DNA of 64,000 nucleotides from Nitrososphaeria archaeon (GTDB taxonomy: Archaea > Thermoproteota > Nitrososphaeria > Geothermarchaeales > JDFR-13), in NCBI GenBank assembly GCA_027078545.1, contig JALWXN010000004.1, forward strand, positions 224,001 to 288,000. The letters are read 5' to 3'. Position 1 is the stretch's first letter. Each line of letters begins with the position of its first letter. The position numbers and the translations under genes were made by a program. The notes beneath the pieces are model-generated. The model saw only the letters and a list, made by a program, of their open reading frames with translations. It ran no database searches and was not told the DNA's origin. This document shows positions 43,881-53,962 of this stretch, one piece after another.

Positions 43881-45351
43881 GTGGAGGGAGCCAACTGTAT
43901 TCGAGCTTGGCGAGATTGGCGATGGGGTATTAGATGGGGATGAGTATCGCCGGGCTCTTAAATACCTGCCTGAGAAGCTTGTGAGGAGGAGTGGTCTAAG
44001 GATTCCGGACCTCCCAGAGTTCCAGGTTGTAAGGCACTTCACTAGGCTGTCTCAGGAGAATTATGGCGTGGATCTTGGGATCTATCCCCTGGGCAGCTGT
44101 ACCATGAAGTATAACCCTAGGATCTCTGAGGAGGTAGCGGCTTTGGAGGGTCTTAGGGATATCTCTCCTCATCAGGATGAGGAGGAGATCCAGGGTGTAT
44201 TGGAGGTTATGTATCGTTTATCGAGGATTTTGTCGCTCCTCACGGGTATGGATGAGTTTAGTCTCCAGCCTGCGGCTGGTGCCCAGGGAGAGTTTGTCGG
44301 CGTCTTGATTATGAAGAAGTATTTCGAGGTTAGGGGGGAGGAGAGGGATGAGATTATAGTGCCCGACACGGCTCACGGCACTAATCCGGCGTCAGCCAAG
44401 ATGGGAGGGTTCAAGGTGGTCGAGATTCCTAGTGATGAGAGGGGGATGGTCAACCCTAGACTGTTGAGGGAGGTTGTCAATGAGAGGACCGCGGGCCTCA
44501 TGTTGACCAATCCTAATACCCTGGGCCTCTTCGAGGAGAATATCCTGGAGATTGCTGATATCCTCCATGAGAATGGTTCCCTACTGTATTATGACGGTGC
44601 TAATCTCAACGCTATAGTGGGGTGGGCGCGGCCTGGGGATATGGGCTTCGACATTGTACACACTAATCTCCATAAGACATTCTCCACGCCGCATGGGGGT
44701 GGGGGCCCTGGTAGTGGGCCTGTGGGTGTAAAGAGTTTTCTGAGAGACTTCCTTCCGGTGCCTATAGTGGTTTATAGGGATGGGATGTACCGATGGGAGT
44801 GGGGTTTGAAACATAGTATTGGGAAGGTCCACATGTTCTATGGGAACTTCCTAGTGGCTCTGAGGGCCTATACATATATACTCTCAATGGGTCTAGAGGG
44901 GCTTAGGAGGGCCTCCTCGATAGCTGTTATGAACTCTAACTACTTGTTTAGGAAGGTCTCTAGGCTTAGGGGGGTTGAGCCTTATCCAAGGGATTCTAGG
45001 ATGAGGATGCATGAGTTTGTGGTGTCCCTAGAGTCTTTAAGGAGGGAGACGGGGGTCTCGGCTAGGGATGTTGCTAAGAGGATACTTGACTACGGAGTAT
45101 ATGCCCCCACCACATACTTCCCCATAATAGTTCCTGAGGCCTTGATGGTGGAGCCTACCGAGACTGTTGGTAAGAGGGATCTAGATCATTATGCATCGGT
45201 TGTGGAGAGGGTTGTTGAGGAGGCGTATAACGAGCCTGATAAGATTATTAATTCCCCCGTCAATACAACTGTGGGTAGGCTTGACGAGGCGTATGGGTCT
45301 AGGCCTAGGACTATGAAGCCTAGTGAGAGGTGGGGTAGGAGAGATGGGTAG
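43864..45351 (+). CDS. gcvPB: Glycine dehydrogenase (decarboxylating) subunit 2
   Basis: YPLGSCTMKYNP, AHGTNPASA and NLHKTFSTPHGGGGPGSGP (PLP Lys). Confidence 0.96.
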   Translation: MFRQARWREPTVFELGEIGDGVLDGDEYRRALKYLPEKLVRRSGLRIPDLPEFQVVRHFTRLSQENYGVDLGIYPLGSCTMKYNPRISEEVAALEGLRDISPHQDEEEIQGVLEVMYRLSRILSLLTGMDEFSLQPAAGAQGEFVGVLIMKKYFEVRGEERDEIIVPDTAHGTNPASAKMGGFKVVEIPSDERGMVNPRLLREVVNERTAGLMLTNPNTLGLFEENILEIADILHENGSLLYYDGANLNAIVGWARPGDMGFDIVHTNLHKTFSTPHGGGGPGSGPVGVKSFLRDFLPVPIVVYRDGMYRWEWGLKHSIGKVHMFYGNFLVALRAYTYILSMGLEGLRRASSIAVMNSNYLFRKVSRLRGVEPYPRDSRMRMHEFVVSLESLRRETGVSARDVAKRILDYGVYAPTTYFPIIVPEALMVEPTETVGKRDLDHYASVVERVVEEAYNEPDKIINSPVNTTVGRLDEAYGSRPRTMKPSERWGRRDG

Positions 45352-46675
45352 GGTATATCTAGAGACGTTTGGCTGTACCCTGAATAGGTATGACTCTGAG
45401 GTTATGGAGTCGTATCTGAGGACAGCTGGTTACGAGGTTGTGGATAGGGTTGAGGAGTCTGATGTGGTTGTCATCAATACCTGTGGGGTTAAGAAGCAGA
45501 CGGAGGATAAGATGGTCTCACATATCAGGAAGCTAAGGAAGAGGTATGGGGATAAGAAGATCGTTCTTACTGGATGCCTAACCATGATTAATCTCCCCAG
45601 GCTTAGGAGGGAGTGTAGCTTCGATGCAGTCCTTGGCCCATCTCCTGGGAAGTACGTGGTAGAGGCTGTGGAGGCCGTCCTCAGGGGGGAGGAGTATGTA
45701 CGTCTTGACACCGAGTCTCTGGATGTGCCGCTGAGTATCGGTGGCTCGGTTACTAAGTCGATAGGTGTCTCCACTGGATGCCTGGATAACTGTGCGTTCT
45801 GCGGCACTAAGCTGGCTAGGGGTACTGTTAAGAGCCTAGAGCCGGAGAAGGTTGTCAGGCTTGTAGAGTCCTATGTGAGGAGTGGTGCCAAGGAGATACT
45901 CCTAACCTCTGTGGATATCGGTGCGTATGGGTTTGATCTTAGGCCTAGGGTACCGATTACTAAGCTCCTTAGGATGGTCTCTGAGGTTGAGGGTAACTTT
46001 ATCGTTAGGATTGGGATGATGAATCCTCGCTGGGCGTATCTCTATCTAGATGAGCTTATAGAGATATTTAGGTCCTCCACCAGGTTCTACCACTTCCTAC
46101 ATATTCCTGTCCAGACTGGGAGTCCCGAGCTGCTCCGTATAATGGATAGGGGGCATGGTGTGGAGGAGTATCTAGAGGCTGTTAGGCGTCTCAGGAGGGA
46201 GGTGGGTAGGCACTTCTCGATAATGACGGATATAATAGTGGGTCATCCCGGTGAGAGGGAGGTTGACCATGAGATGACGATAGAGGTTCTTAGGGAGTCT
46301 GAGCCCGACTTTGTCAATATATCCCAGTTCTTCCCTAGGCCCGGCACAAAGGCCGCACGTATGAAGAAGGTTGATACAAGGATTGTGAAGCGGAGGAGTA
46401 GGGAGGTTAGTAGGGTGGCTGACGAGGTCCTCTCTAGGAGGAACCAGATGTGGCGTGACTGGGAGGGGCCGGTCCTGATCAACGAGTATGGTAAGGGACG
46501 CTTCCTAGGTAGGAACTATGCCTATAAGATCTTCGCTGTCGATGGTGGGGTCTCTATTGGCGATGTTGTCCTGGTCAGGGGGGTGAGGGCCTATACAACC
46601 TGGCTTTATGCAGAGCTTCTAGGAAGAGCTTCTTCACTCTCTGACGGCCTGTTACAGTTCGGAAGAGTATCCTGA
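45344..46675 (+). CDS. tRNA t6A37 methylthiotransferase (MtaB/CDKAL1-type radical SAM)
   Basis: UPF0004 Cys residues (FGC, NTC, TGC), CLDNCAFC, IRIGMMNP, FLHIPVQTG, F.PRPGT.A and a TRAM-like tail. Confidence 0.9.
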   Translation: MGRVYLETFGCTLNRYDSEVMESYLRTAGYEVVDRVEESDVVVINTCGVKKQTEDKMVSHIRKLRKRYGDKKIVLTGCLTMINLPRLRRECSFDAVLGPSPGKYVVEAVEAVLRGEEYVRLDTESLDVPLSIGGSVTKSIGVSTGCLDNCAFCGTKLARGTVKSLEPEKVVRLVESYVRSGAKEILLTSVDIGAYGFDLRPRVPITKLLRMVSEVEGNFIVRIGMMNPRWAYLYLDELIEIFRSSTRFYHFLHIPVQTGSPELLRIMDRGHGVEEYLEAVRRLRREVGRHFSIMTDIIVGHPGEREVDHEMTIEVLRESEPDFVNISQFFPRPGTKAARMKKVDTRIVKRRSREVSRVADEVLSRRNQMWRDWEGPVLINEYGKGRFLGRNYAYKIFAVDGGVSIGDVVLVRGVRAYTTWLYAELLGRASSLSDGLLQFGRVS

Positions 46676-47246
46676 CCTCTCTCCTCATAATCTTCTCGAG
46701 GAGTTGTTCCACGTCCTCGGCGTCGGTGTATATGTGGGAATAGCCTATCGTCTCTGGGATGTGTGAGTCGCTCCCGGCTGAGACTCCTTTACCCAGGTCC
46801 TCGGCTAGTTTTGAGAGGACTACATAGTTTATCTTGGCCCTGGGGTCGTGGCTATTAGCTACCTCTATTATATCTACCCTCCTTACTATCTCATCTATCT
46901 CTCCTGGCTTCCCCCTCCTATGGTCTAGGGGGTGCGCCAGTATGGATAGTCCTCCCTCGGCCCGTATATATTCCAGTATCTCGAGGCCATCCATCCCCTT
47001 CCTGTTGGGTGGATACTTCTCTATGTTAAGGCCTATCACGTGTCCATACTCTGTGTAGAACTCTACGCCTGGTATAATCCTGACCCTCTCCAGATTCTTC
47101 CTGGCCTTTAGTGCTCCCCTGATCTCTTCGTGGTCTGTTATGGCTATGCAGTCTATACCTCTTTTGAGGCTCCACTCCTCCAGTTCTTGGAGGGTGATCA
47201 CCGCGTCGTGGGAGTATAGTGTATGTACGTGGAGGTCCGCCTTCAT
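46575..47246 (-). CDS. PHP-domain phosphoesterase
   Basis: DLHVHT, ITDH, PGVE, GH, AHP and GSDSH. Confidence 0.92.
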   Translation of the reverse strand: MKADLHVHTLYSHDAVITLQELEEWSLKRGIDCIAITDHEEIRGALKARKNLERVRIIPGVEFYTEYGHVIGLNIEKYPPNRKGMDGLEILEYIRAEGGLSILAHPLDHRRGKPGEIDEIVRRVDIIEVANSHDPRAKINYVVLSKLAEDLGKGVSAGSDSHIPETIGYSHIYTDAEDVEQLLEKIMRREVRILFRTVTGRQRVKKLFLEALHKARLYRPSPP

Positions 47247-47258
47247 CTCTCCTGTCCG

Positions 47259-49253
47259 CTACCTTACACGGGCGCCGTCCTCTATGTCTCCCTCCACTGT
47301 GAGTATCTTTACGTTTCCCTTCCCATCGTCGGCCGCTAGTATCATTCCTTCGCTATACTCACCCATGATCTTCTTCTTCTCTAGGTTGGTCACTACTATA
47401 ACCTTCTTCCCCTGTAGATCTTCGGGTCTATAGTATTTCCTTAGCCCGGCCAATACGTTGAGTGTCTTGTCTCCAACCCTTATCTTGAGTCTTATCAGGT
47501 TCTTCGACCCCTCTTTTGGCTCTGCCTTCTCTACGTAGCCTACCCTCATATCTATACGCATGAATTCTTCGAAGCTTATCCTCTCCTCACCCATGCTCCT
47601 CATCTCTTCGAGGCGTTTCTTTAGAGATTCTTTGTCTATCTTACTAAATAATGGTGTGAATTCTTGACTGATAACTATTTCTCTTGGCTCGTCGCTCAGG
47701 AGGCTCCATGAGGGCTTCTCCATGCCTAGGTATCTCAGTATCTTCTCGCTCGACTCTGGGATTACAGGGTTGAGCATGACCGCCACGTCACGTATTGTCA
47801 GTGCTAGGTGGTACATCACCGCGTTGAGCCTCTCCCTATCGTCTCTTAGCTTCCATGGCTCCTCGATGTTTAGGGTTGCGTTGGCCTCCCTGACAAGCCT
47901 CATTACCTCGTGGAGTACCCTTTGGAACCTCGTCTCTAGATATAGCCTATCCACCTTCTCCGCGACTTCTCTAGAGAGGTTTCTAAGCCTTGAGACTGCT
48001 TCGCTGGGTGTTTCCGACCTCTCTACCCTCCCTCCGAGGTAGCGCTTGATCAGTGTTAATATCCTGTGGACAAGGTTTCCTAGGTCGTCGTTCAACTCCT
48101 TGTTTACACAGTATTCGAGTATGTCCCATGTGAAGTCTGTGTCCCCTGTCTCGGGCCTTACGTATGTCAGGGTGTATCTCCAGTAGTCTGCTGGTAGTAG
48201 TTCGACGGCCTCGTCACACCATATGCCGATGCCCTTCGTCTTTGAGAACTTCTTCCCTTCGTAGGTAAGCCATTCTGTGGCTCCTATATGGAACCTTAGT
48301 GTGTAGGGATCGTAGGTGGCCATTAGTAGCGAGGGGAAGATGATTGTGTGGAAGGGTATGTTGTCCTTCCCTATGAAGAAGGCTACGTTTGTCTCCCTGT
48401 CCATCCAGTAGTCCCTCCACCTATCCGGTTCTCCCTTCTTCTCGAAGTATTCCTTAACGGCGGATACGTATCCCAGGACGGCGTCGAACCATACATAGAT
48501 GGTTAAACCCTCTGCCCCCGGGAAGGGTGCTGGTACCCCCCACTTGTTATGCCTGGTTACGGCTCTCGGTTTCAGGCCTTGTCTGATCATCTGTATACTG
48601 AAGTTCTTGGCGTTCTCGGTCAGGGTCTCTGAGCTCTCCAGCCAGGATAGTAGCTTCTCGGAGAATCTTGGTAAGTCGAAGTAGTAGTTGAGTACCTCTT
48701 TGACAACGGGTGGTGAGCCGCATATGGCGCATCTGGGTGATATGAGGTCTAGGGGGTCTAGTAGGCGTCCACAGTTCTCACACTGGTCTCCCCTTGCCCC
48801 TTCATATCCGCAGTAGGGGCAGGTCCCGATGACGAATCTGTCGGGTAGGTATCGCTGGTCCTTCTCGCAGTATAGCTGTTTATCGGTCTGGGTATAGATG
48901 TATCCATTCTCGTATATCTTCTGGAATACGGATCTGACATAGTCGATATGGACTGGGTTGTGTGTCCTGGTATAGTTGTCAAACCGGATGTTGAACTTCT
49001 CCAGTATATCCAGTATCTGTTTATGTACTTTGTCGGTCAGCTCTTTAGGCTGGATCCCCATCTGGATGGCTTTTACCTCTATTGGTGTCCCGTGTTCATC
49101 TGATCCTGTTACGGATATTACGTCGTGGCCTTTTAGCCGTAGGTAGCGGGCGAAAATGTCTGCTGAGAGTAGGGATGAGACCATATTCCCCAGGTGGGGG
49201 ACTCCATATGCGTAGGGCCATGCCGAGGTTACTATCCACTTCTCCCTCTTCAT
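47259..49253 (-). CDS. metG: Methionyl-tRNA synthetase with C-terminal tRNA-binding domain
   Basis: PYAYGVPHLGN, GSDEHG, Zn knuckles, YVWFDA, KFSKT and a C-terminal OB fold (SEGMILAA). Confidence 0.97.
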   Translation of the reverse strand: MKREKWIVTSAWPYAYGVPHLGNMVSSLLSADIFARYLRLKGHDVISVTGSDEHGTPIEVKAIQMGIQPKELTDKVHKQILDILEKFNIRFDNYTRTHNPVHIDYVRSVFQKIYENGYIYTQTDKQLYCEKDQRYLPDRFVIGTCPYCGYEGARGDQCENCGRLLDPLDLISPRCAICGSPPVVKEVLNYYFDLPRFSEKLLSWLESSETLTENAKNFSIQMIRQGLKPRAVTRHNKWGVPAPFPGAEGLTIYVWFDAVLGYVSAVKEYFEKKGEPDRWRDYWMDRETNVAFFIGKDNIPFHTIIFPSLLMATYDPYTLRFHIGATEWLTYEGKKFSKTKGIGIWCDEAVELLPADYWRYTLTYVRPETGDTDFTWDILEYCVNKELNDDLGNLVHRILTLIKRYLGGRVERSETPSEAVSRLRNLSREVAEKVDRLYLETRFQRVLHEVMRLVREANATLNIEEPWKLRDDRERLNAVMYHLALTIRDVAVMLNPVIPESSEKILRYLGMEKPSWSLLSDEPREIVISQEFTPLFSKIDKESLKKRLEEMRSMGEERISFEEFMRIDMRVGYVEKAEPKEGSKNLIRLKIRVGDKTLNVLAGLRKYYRPEDLQGKKVIVVTNLEKKKIMGEYSEGMILAADDGKGNVKILTVEGDIEDGARVR

Positions 49254-49264
49254 TACAGATATAA

Positions 49265-50395
49265 CTACTTCTCTGCTGTTCTTTTAATCAGCTTTTTGAG
49301 GCCTGTCGAGTACTGCATAGCCTTCTTGGGGCGCATGTATAGCTCTTTAGGGGCTCCCAGGATCTCTAGCGCCTTCCTGATGACCCATTTCCTGTGTTTA
49401 TCGCCCCTGTCCATGACTTTGTATCTCGAGGGGGTCTGTAGCGATGTCTCTATAGCCTTTACATGTGTGTATGGGTAGTCGACATATATCCCTAGGTCTG
49501 AGGCTATCCTCCATTCAAGCTGGGTCGTGGTGTATTGTAGTGTCGATATGTCTATGAGGTTTGCCGTACTGAAGTGTTCATACTCCCTTCTATACTTATC
49601 GTACCCTCCGAAGAGTTCGTCGGCTCCCTGGCCCATTAACAGTCTTCTGTTCCTCGGGACCTGGCTCATGGTGGCGTACTCGGCTATTGCTATTGGGAGG
49701 AGTATTGGGTCGGATGTATCTACATATCTCGATGCTATGTTTAGATACCTATCCATATTCTCCTCGTTAATCAGGGCTATATGGATGTTTGTCCCTATCC
49801 CCAGCATCTCAAGGGCTTCTATGACCCTCTCCTCCTCTCCACTGCCTGGGGTTGATGCTGTAACTATCCTTGTCTCGATACCTATCTTCTCCGCAACTAG
49901 GAGGATGAGTGTGGAGTCTATCCCTCCTGAGTAGGATAGGTATACCTCTTTATCCCCTATCGTGGATAGGTAGTTGCTCAGAGCCTCTATGAGCATTATG
50001 GCTAGCTTCTCGAGACTATATATAACTCCTGATACCCTTGGCTCCCACCTCCTATGTAGGGGTGTGTAGTCCCTACCCATCCTCTTTAGTATCCAGTTGC
50101 TGGGTAGGTGTGGCCTCCCGTGGCCTGTCTTGTCAACTATTGATCCGTCCTTTGCTATGACAGTTGGGATCCTACCCATTATGTCTGTCTGTATAGTGCC
50201 TCTACACAGAGCTATGTTTGGGATTGATAGTGCTTCTCGATCTAGGTCTGGATCTATTTTTAGGAGTTCTTCGAGCCTCTCATTGTCTATGGAGCGGTGG
50301 ATAATGGTATAGTCCTGGTGCTCAAGTATGGCTAGATAGTTGTCTATGAGCCTGGCCCCCTCAGGAGTTATTATGTAGTTCGCCCCCTGCCCCAT
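49265..50395 (-). CDS. Asparagine-synthetase-B-like ATP pyrophosphatase with degenerate glutaminase domain
   Basis: SYSGGIDS, MGQGADELFGGY, KWVIR and RPKKAMQYSTG. No N-terminal Cys. Confidence 0.8.
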   Translation of the reverse strand: MGQGANYIITPEGARLIDNYLAILEHQDYTIIHRSIDNERLEELLKIDPDLDREALSIPNIALCRGTIQTDIMGRIPTVIAKDGSIVDKTGHGRPHLPSNWILKRMGRDYTPLHRRWEPRVSGVIYSLEKLAIMLIEALSNYLSTIGDKEVYLSYSGGIDSTLILLVAEKIGIETRIVTASTPGSGEEERVIEALEMLGIGTNIHIALINEENMDRYLNIASRYVDTSDPILLPIAIAEYATMSQVPRNRRLLMGQGADELFGGYDKYRREYEHFSTANLIDISTLQYTTTQLEWRIASDLGIYVDYPYTHVKAIETSLQTPSRYKVMDRGDKHRKWVIRKALEILGAPKELYMRPKKAMQYSTGLKKLIKRTAEK

Positions 50396-50447
50396 GTCCC
50401 TACCTAATTTCTATGCATATATTATTTTATGGCCGTGGTGGGTGGGG

Positions 50448-51770
50448 ATGGCTATACACCCTATCGAGTATAGATATGGCTCCGAGGATATGAGGCGTGT
50501 GTTCTCAAGGGATTCATGGGTTAGGTATGCATGTAGGGTTGAGTATGCCCTTCTAGAGTCCCTTGTAGAGATGGGTCTGATCCCCCTGGGTAGGGCTGAG
50601 CTGGATGCTGTTAGGGACCGGTTCTTCAGTGTGTCTTATGAGGATGTGGCTCGGCTGGAGAAGAGGTTTGGCCATGAGGTCTTCGCCCTTGTATGGGCTA
50701 TCTATGAGAGGGTTGGTGAGCCTGTGGGGAGGTATCTACACCTGGGCCTCACGAGTAACGATGTGCTGGATAATGTGGCTGTGATGCAGGCTAGGGATGG
50801 CCTCGAGATATTGTTGAGGCGTATTGATGTGGTTGTTGATAGGCTTAGGACGTTTGTGACGAGGTATGCGTCGACACCTCTTCTGGGACGTACACATGGT
50901 AGGGCGGCCACGCCTATCACTGTAGGCTTCAGGTTCTCGGTATATCTGGATGAGTTGTTGAGGGCTAGGGATGGTTTGGCGCGTATGCTGGACTATCTAC
51001 CGGGTAAGGTTGGTGGCGCGGTTGGGTCTGGTGTGGAGATGTATCCACATAGTCTTGAGCTTGAGAGGAGGGTTCTTGAGAAGCTTGGGCTTAGGAGGGC
51101 GAGGGCGTATCTACAGGTCCTGCCCAGGGACTACTTCTCCAGGCTCCTGACCGAGATTATACATCTCTCTACGGTTCTGGAGCATCTGAATAACCAGGTC
51201 AGGATAATGATGAGGAGTGGGGTGGAGGAGCTGTATGAAGAGGTTGATAGGGTGGGTTCGTCGGTCATGCCGCATAAGCGTAACCCGGTTGATAGTGAGA
51301 AGGTATGTGGCTTGGCCAGGTATCTGAGGGGGTTATTGGCGCCTGTATATGAGAATATCGTGTTTGAGGATGAGCGTGACCTCCGTAATAGTAGTCTCGA
51401 GCGGATAATTATTCCTGAGGCGTTCCTACTTGTTGATGAGCAGCTGGTAACTACTGCCCGGGTGTTGGAGAGGTTGAGGGTGGATGAGGAGAGGTGTAGA
51501 GAGAATATTCGTAGGGAGGGTATGAACATATATTCCAACGTCCTTCTCCACATGGGTGTCTCGAGGGGTGGTGACCGTCAGATTCTCCATGAGAGGTTGA
51601 GACGTATCTTCAGAACCAGGGTTGAGTCTCCCGAGGAGCTGTTGAGGCTTGTTATGGAGGATGATTATCTCTCGAAGTATCTTACTGAGGAGGATGTCCG
51701 GGAGGCTACTGATCTCTCCAGGTATGTTGATGCTTGCCTCTCTAGGCTTGACTGGGTCTTTCGGCTCTGA
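50448..51770 (+). CDS. purB: Adenylosuccinate lyase
   Basis: HPIEYRYGS, HLGLTSND, GRTHG, GSSVMPHKRNP and ERDLRNSS.ER. Confidence 0.95.
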   Translation: MAIHPIEYRYGSEDMRRVFSRDSWVRYACRVEYALLESLVEMGLIPLGRAELDAVRDRFFSVSYEDVARLEKRFGHEVFALVWAIYERVGEPVGRYLHLGLTSNDVLDNVAVMQARDGLEILLRRIDVVVDRLRTFVTRYASTPLLGRTHGRAATPITVGFRFSVYLDELLRARDGLARMLDYLPGKVGGAVGSGVEMYPHSLELERRVLEKLGLRRARAYLQVLPRDYFSRLLTEIIHLSTVLEHLNNQVRIMMRSGVEELYEEVDRVGSSVMPHKRNPVDSEKVCGLARYLRGLLAPVYENIVFEDERDLRNSSLERIIIPEAFLLVDEQLVTTARVLERLRVDEERCRENIRREGMNIYSNVLLHMGVSRGGDRQILHERLRRIFRTRVESPEELLRLVMEDDYLSKYLTEEDVREATDLSRYVDACLSRLDWVFRL

Positions 51771-53937
51771 GATACTCCAGGATCTTCCTGGCGGTCTTGA
51801 CGCCTATGTTTGGTATGCTGGCTAGGTCTTGTATGGTGGCTCTCCTGAGGTCTGATGGGGTTCTGTAGCCATTGTTGTATAGGATCCTAGCCCTCCTGCG
51901 TCCGATGCCTGGTATGGATACTAGGGGTATTAACTCTGGCTTTACTCCATACTTGAGCCTGACCCTTAGTATGTCATACATCTTAGCCACCTCCTCTGCC
52001 TGTGCTATCCTGGCTATCTCTGAGGCGGCGTATGCTAGCCACTCTGCCGTGGTGTATAGATTGTAGAGGTCTCCGGGCTCGACCCCCCACTTCTCCAGTA
52101 TCTCGTCTTCCGTGGCCTCGTTTATCCAGTCGAGGAGGACCAGCGCTGTCTTGAGGAGGTCTAGGTCTTGGTCATAGTCGACGGCTGGCCTCATATCGAA
52201 TATCATGTTTAGAAACTCTTCCTGGCCCATGTCTTCAAGGGTGTCTATTATCTTGTCGAAGTCCCTCTTCCGGGCGTTAACCCTGACCATGTCTCTGGTC
52301 TCACATATTAGGTGGAGTAGGGCCAGCTCACTGGGCTCTGTTATCTCCCGTGTCTTTGTATAGAACTTGTGACCCGTGGATGGTAGGATGTATAGCTGTG
52401 ACGTCCTGCTCCCAAGTCTAGTCGCCTTTATATATACCCTGCTGGTGGCCTCGCTCCTCGTTACCATGCCGTAGCTCAGGAGGGTTTTTATGGCTCTGTC
52501 AACTCTGTATCTCAGTACTTCGGGGTGGTATTGGATGGCTGCTAGGGACTTGTCGATATAGCTGTGGATCGTCTCTATGCTTACACCTCTTGTCTCGGTG
52601 GTGAGTGATAGTATTGCTATCTCCATGTTCTCACCGTCTAGGAGTCTGCTTGTTATTGGCTCTGGCTCTGCCCTTATGTATCTATCTAGGAGCGTGTCTA
52701 TCTCTAGCTCCCTCGTCGTATGGATCAGGGCCTCTCCCTCCTTATCATACATTGGTCTCCCGGCCCTGCCAGCCATCTGTTTATAGTCGAATACACTGAT
52801 CTCCTCCACGTATCCAGCAGTCCTCCTCGATGTGTATGTGATTATCACTGTTCTGCTGGGTAGGTTAACACCTGCAGCTAAGGTGGGGGTGGCTGTCAAT
52901 ATCTTTATCAGCCCGGCTCTAAATGCCTCCTCGATTAGGGCCCTATGTTCAAGGCCTAGACCGGCGTGGTGGAAGGCGACACCCATCGCTACTGTGTTGG
53001 AGAGCTCTTCTGAGAGCTTGGTTGACTCACCTATATTCTTTACTCTCTCCGCCAGTCTCCTCAGCTCCTTCATGGTCTTTGGGCCTAGTAGGGTGGCCTG
53101 TAGCTTGGCCAGCTGCTTAGCTATCTTCTTGGCCCTTCTCTTGGCCTCTGCCCTTGTGGCTGTGAATATGAGTACCTGTCCACCCTCCTCTATCGTCTCG
53201 ATGGCCCTGTCTATTATGGGGTCTCCAGTCGTTCTGGGTACTGATTTGAAGGTGTTGTCTGAGTAGTATATCTCGTGGTCGTATAGCACCCCCTCCTTCA
53301 AAGGTATCGGTCTCCAGTTGGTCACTACTGCCTCTCCCTCTATCCAGTTTGCGAAGTCTTGATAGTTGGATATGGTTGCACTGAGGAGTAGTACCTGTGT
53401 CTCCCTCGCCTCGGCCAGGATCCTCATCAGGATGTTCTCGACCACCGGGCCTCTATCGGCTACCCCTACTAGGTGTGCCTCGTCGATAACAACTGTTCTA
53501 ATCGTATCTATCCAGCTGGGCCTATGCCTCATTATCGAGTCCATCTTCTCATAGGTGGCGACTATTACGTCTGCGTTCCCCAGCTCCTCGCCCGTGCTGT
53601 CATAGTCCGATGTGGATATGACTACTCTCGGCCTCCATCCAATTATCTCTGACGCCGCCTCCATAGTACCTATCAACTCGTCCCTCTTCTCCGCGGCTAG
53701 GGCCTTGAGGGGGACTAGATATATATGCTTATAGCCCCGTCCCTGGGCTAGCCTATGGATCATCAGCATGATGGCTATCAGGGTCTTGCCGCTTGCTGTG
53801 GGGGAGGCTACTACGAGGTTCCTGCCGTTGAAGAGGCCCTTCCTAATAGCTTCCTCCTGTGGTGGGTAGAGGCTGTCTATCCCTAGCTTCCTAAGTGTCT
53901 GGTGGACTGGCTGGGGGAGGTCATGGTCTATGGTCAT
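51742..53937 (-). CDS. hel308: Hel308/Hjm SF2 DNA helicase
   Basis: PPQ Q-motif, PTASGKT, DEAH, SAT, FHHAGL, TPTLAAGVNLP, QMAGRAGRP and C-terminal HhH GIGRRRAR.L. Confidence 0.95.
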   Translation of the reverse strand: MTIDHDLPQPVHQTLRKLGIDSLYPPQEEAIRKGLFNGRNLVVASPTASGKTLIAIMLMIHRLAQGRGYKHIYLVPLKALAAEKRDELIGTMEAASEIIGWRPRVVISTSDYDSTGEELGNADVIVATYEKMDSIMRHRPSWIDTIRTVVIDEAHLVGVADRGPVVENILMRILAEARETQVLLLSATISNYQDFANWIEGEAVVTNWRPIPLKEGVLYDHEIYYSDNTFKSVPRTTGDPIIDRAIETIEEGGQVLIFTATRAEAKRRAKKIAKQLAKLQATLLGPKTMKELRRLAERVKNIGESTKLSEELSNTVAMGVAFHHAGLGLEHRALIEEAFRAGLIKILTATPTLAAGVNLPSRTVIITYTSRRTAGYVEEISVFDYKQMAGRAGRPMYDKEGEALIHTTRELEIDTLLDRYIRAEPEPITSRLLDGENMEIAILSLTTETRGVSIETIHSYIDKSLAAIQYHPEVLRYRVDRAIKTLLSYGMVTRSEATSRVYIKATRLGSRTSQLYILPSTGHKFYTKTREITEPSELALLHLICETRDMVRVNARKRDFDKIIDTLEDMGQEEFLNMIFDMRPAVDYDQDLDLLKTALVLLDWINEATEDEILEKWGVEPGDLYNLYTTAEWLAYAASEIARIAQAEEVAKMYDILRVRLKYGVKPELIPLVSIPGIGRRRARILYNNGYRTPSDLRRATIQDLASIPNIGVKTARKILEYLRAERPSQA

Positions 53938-53962
53938 CTCTACACCTCATACCTGATTTATC

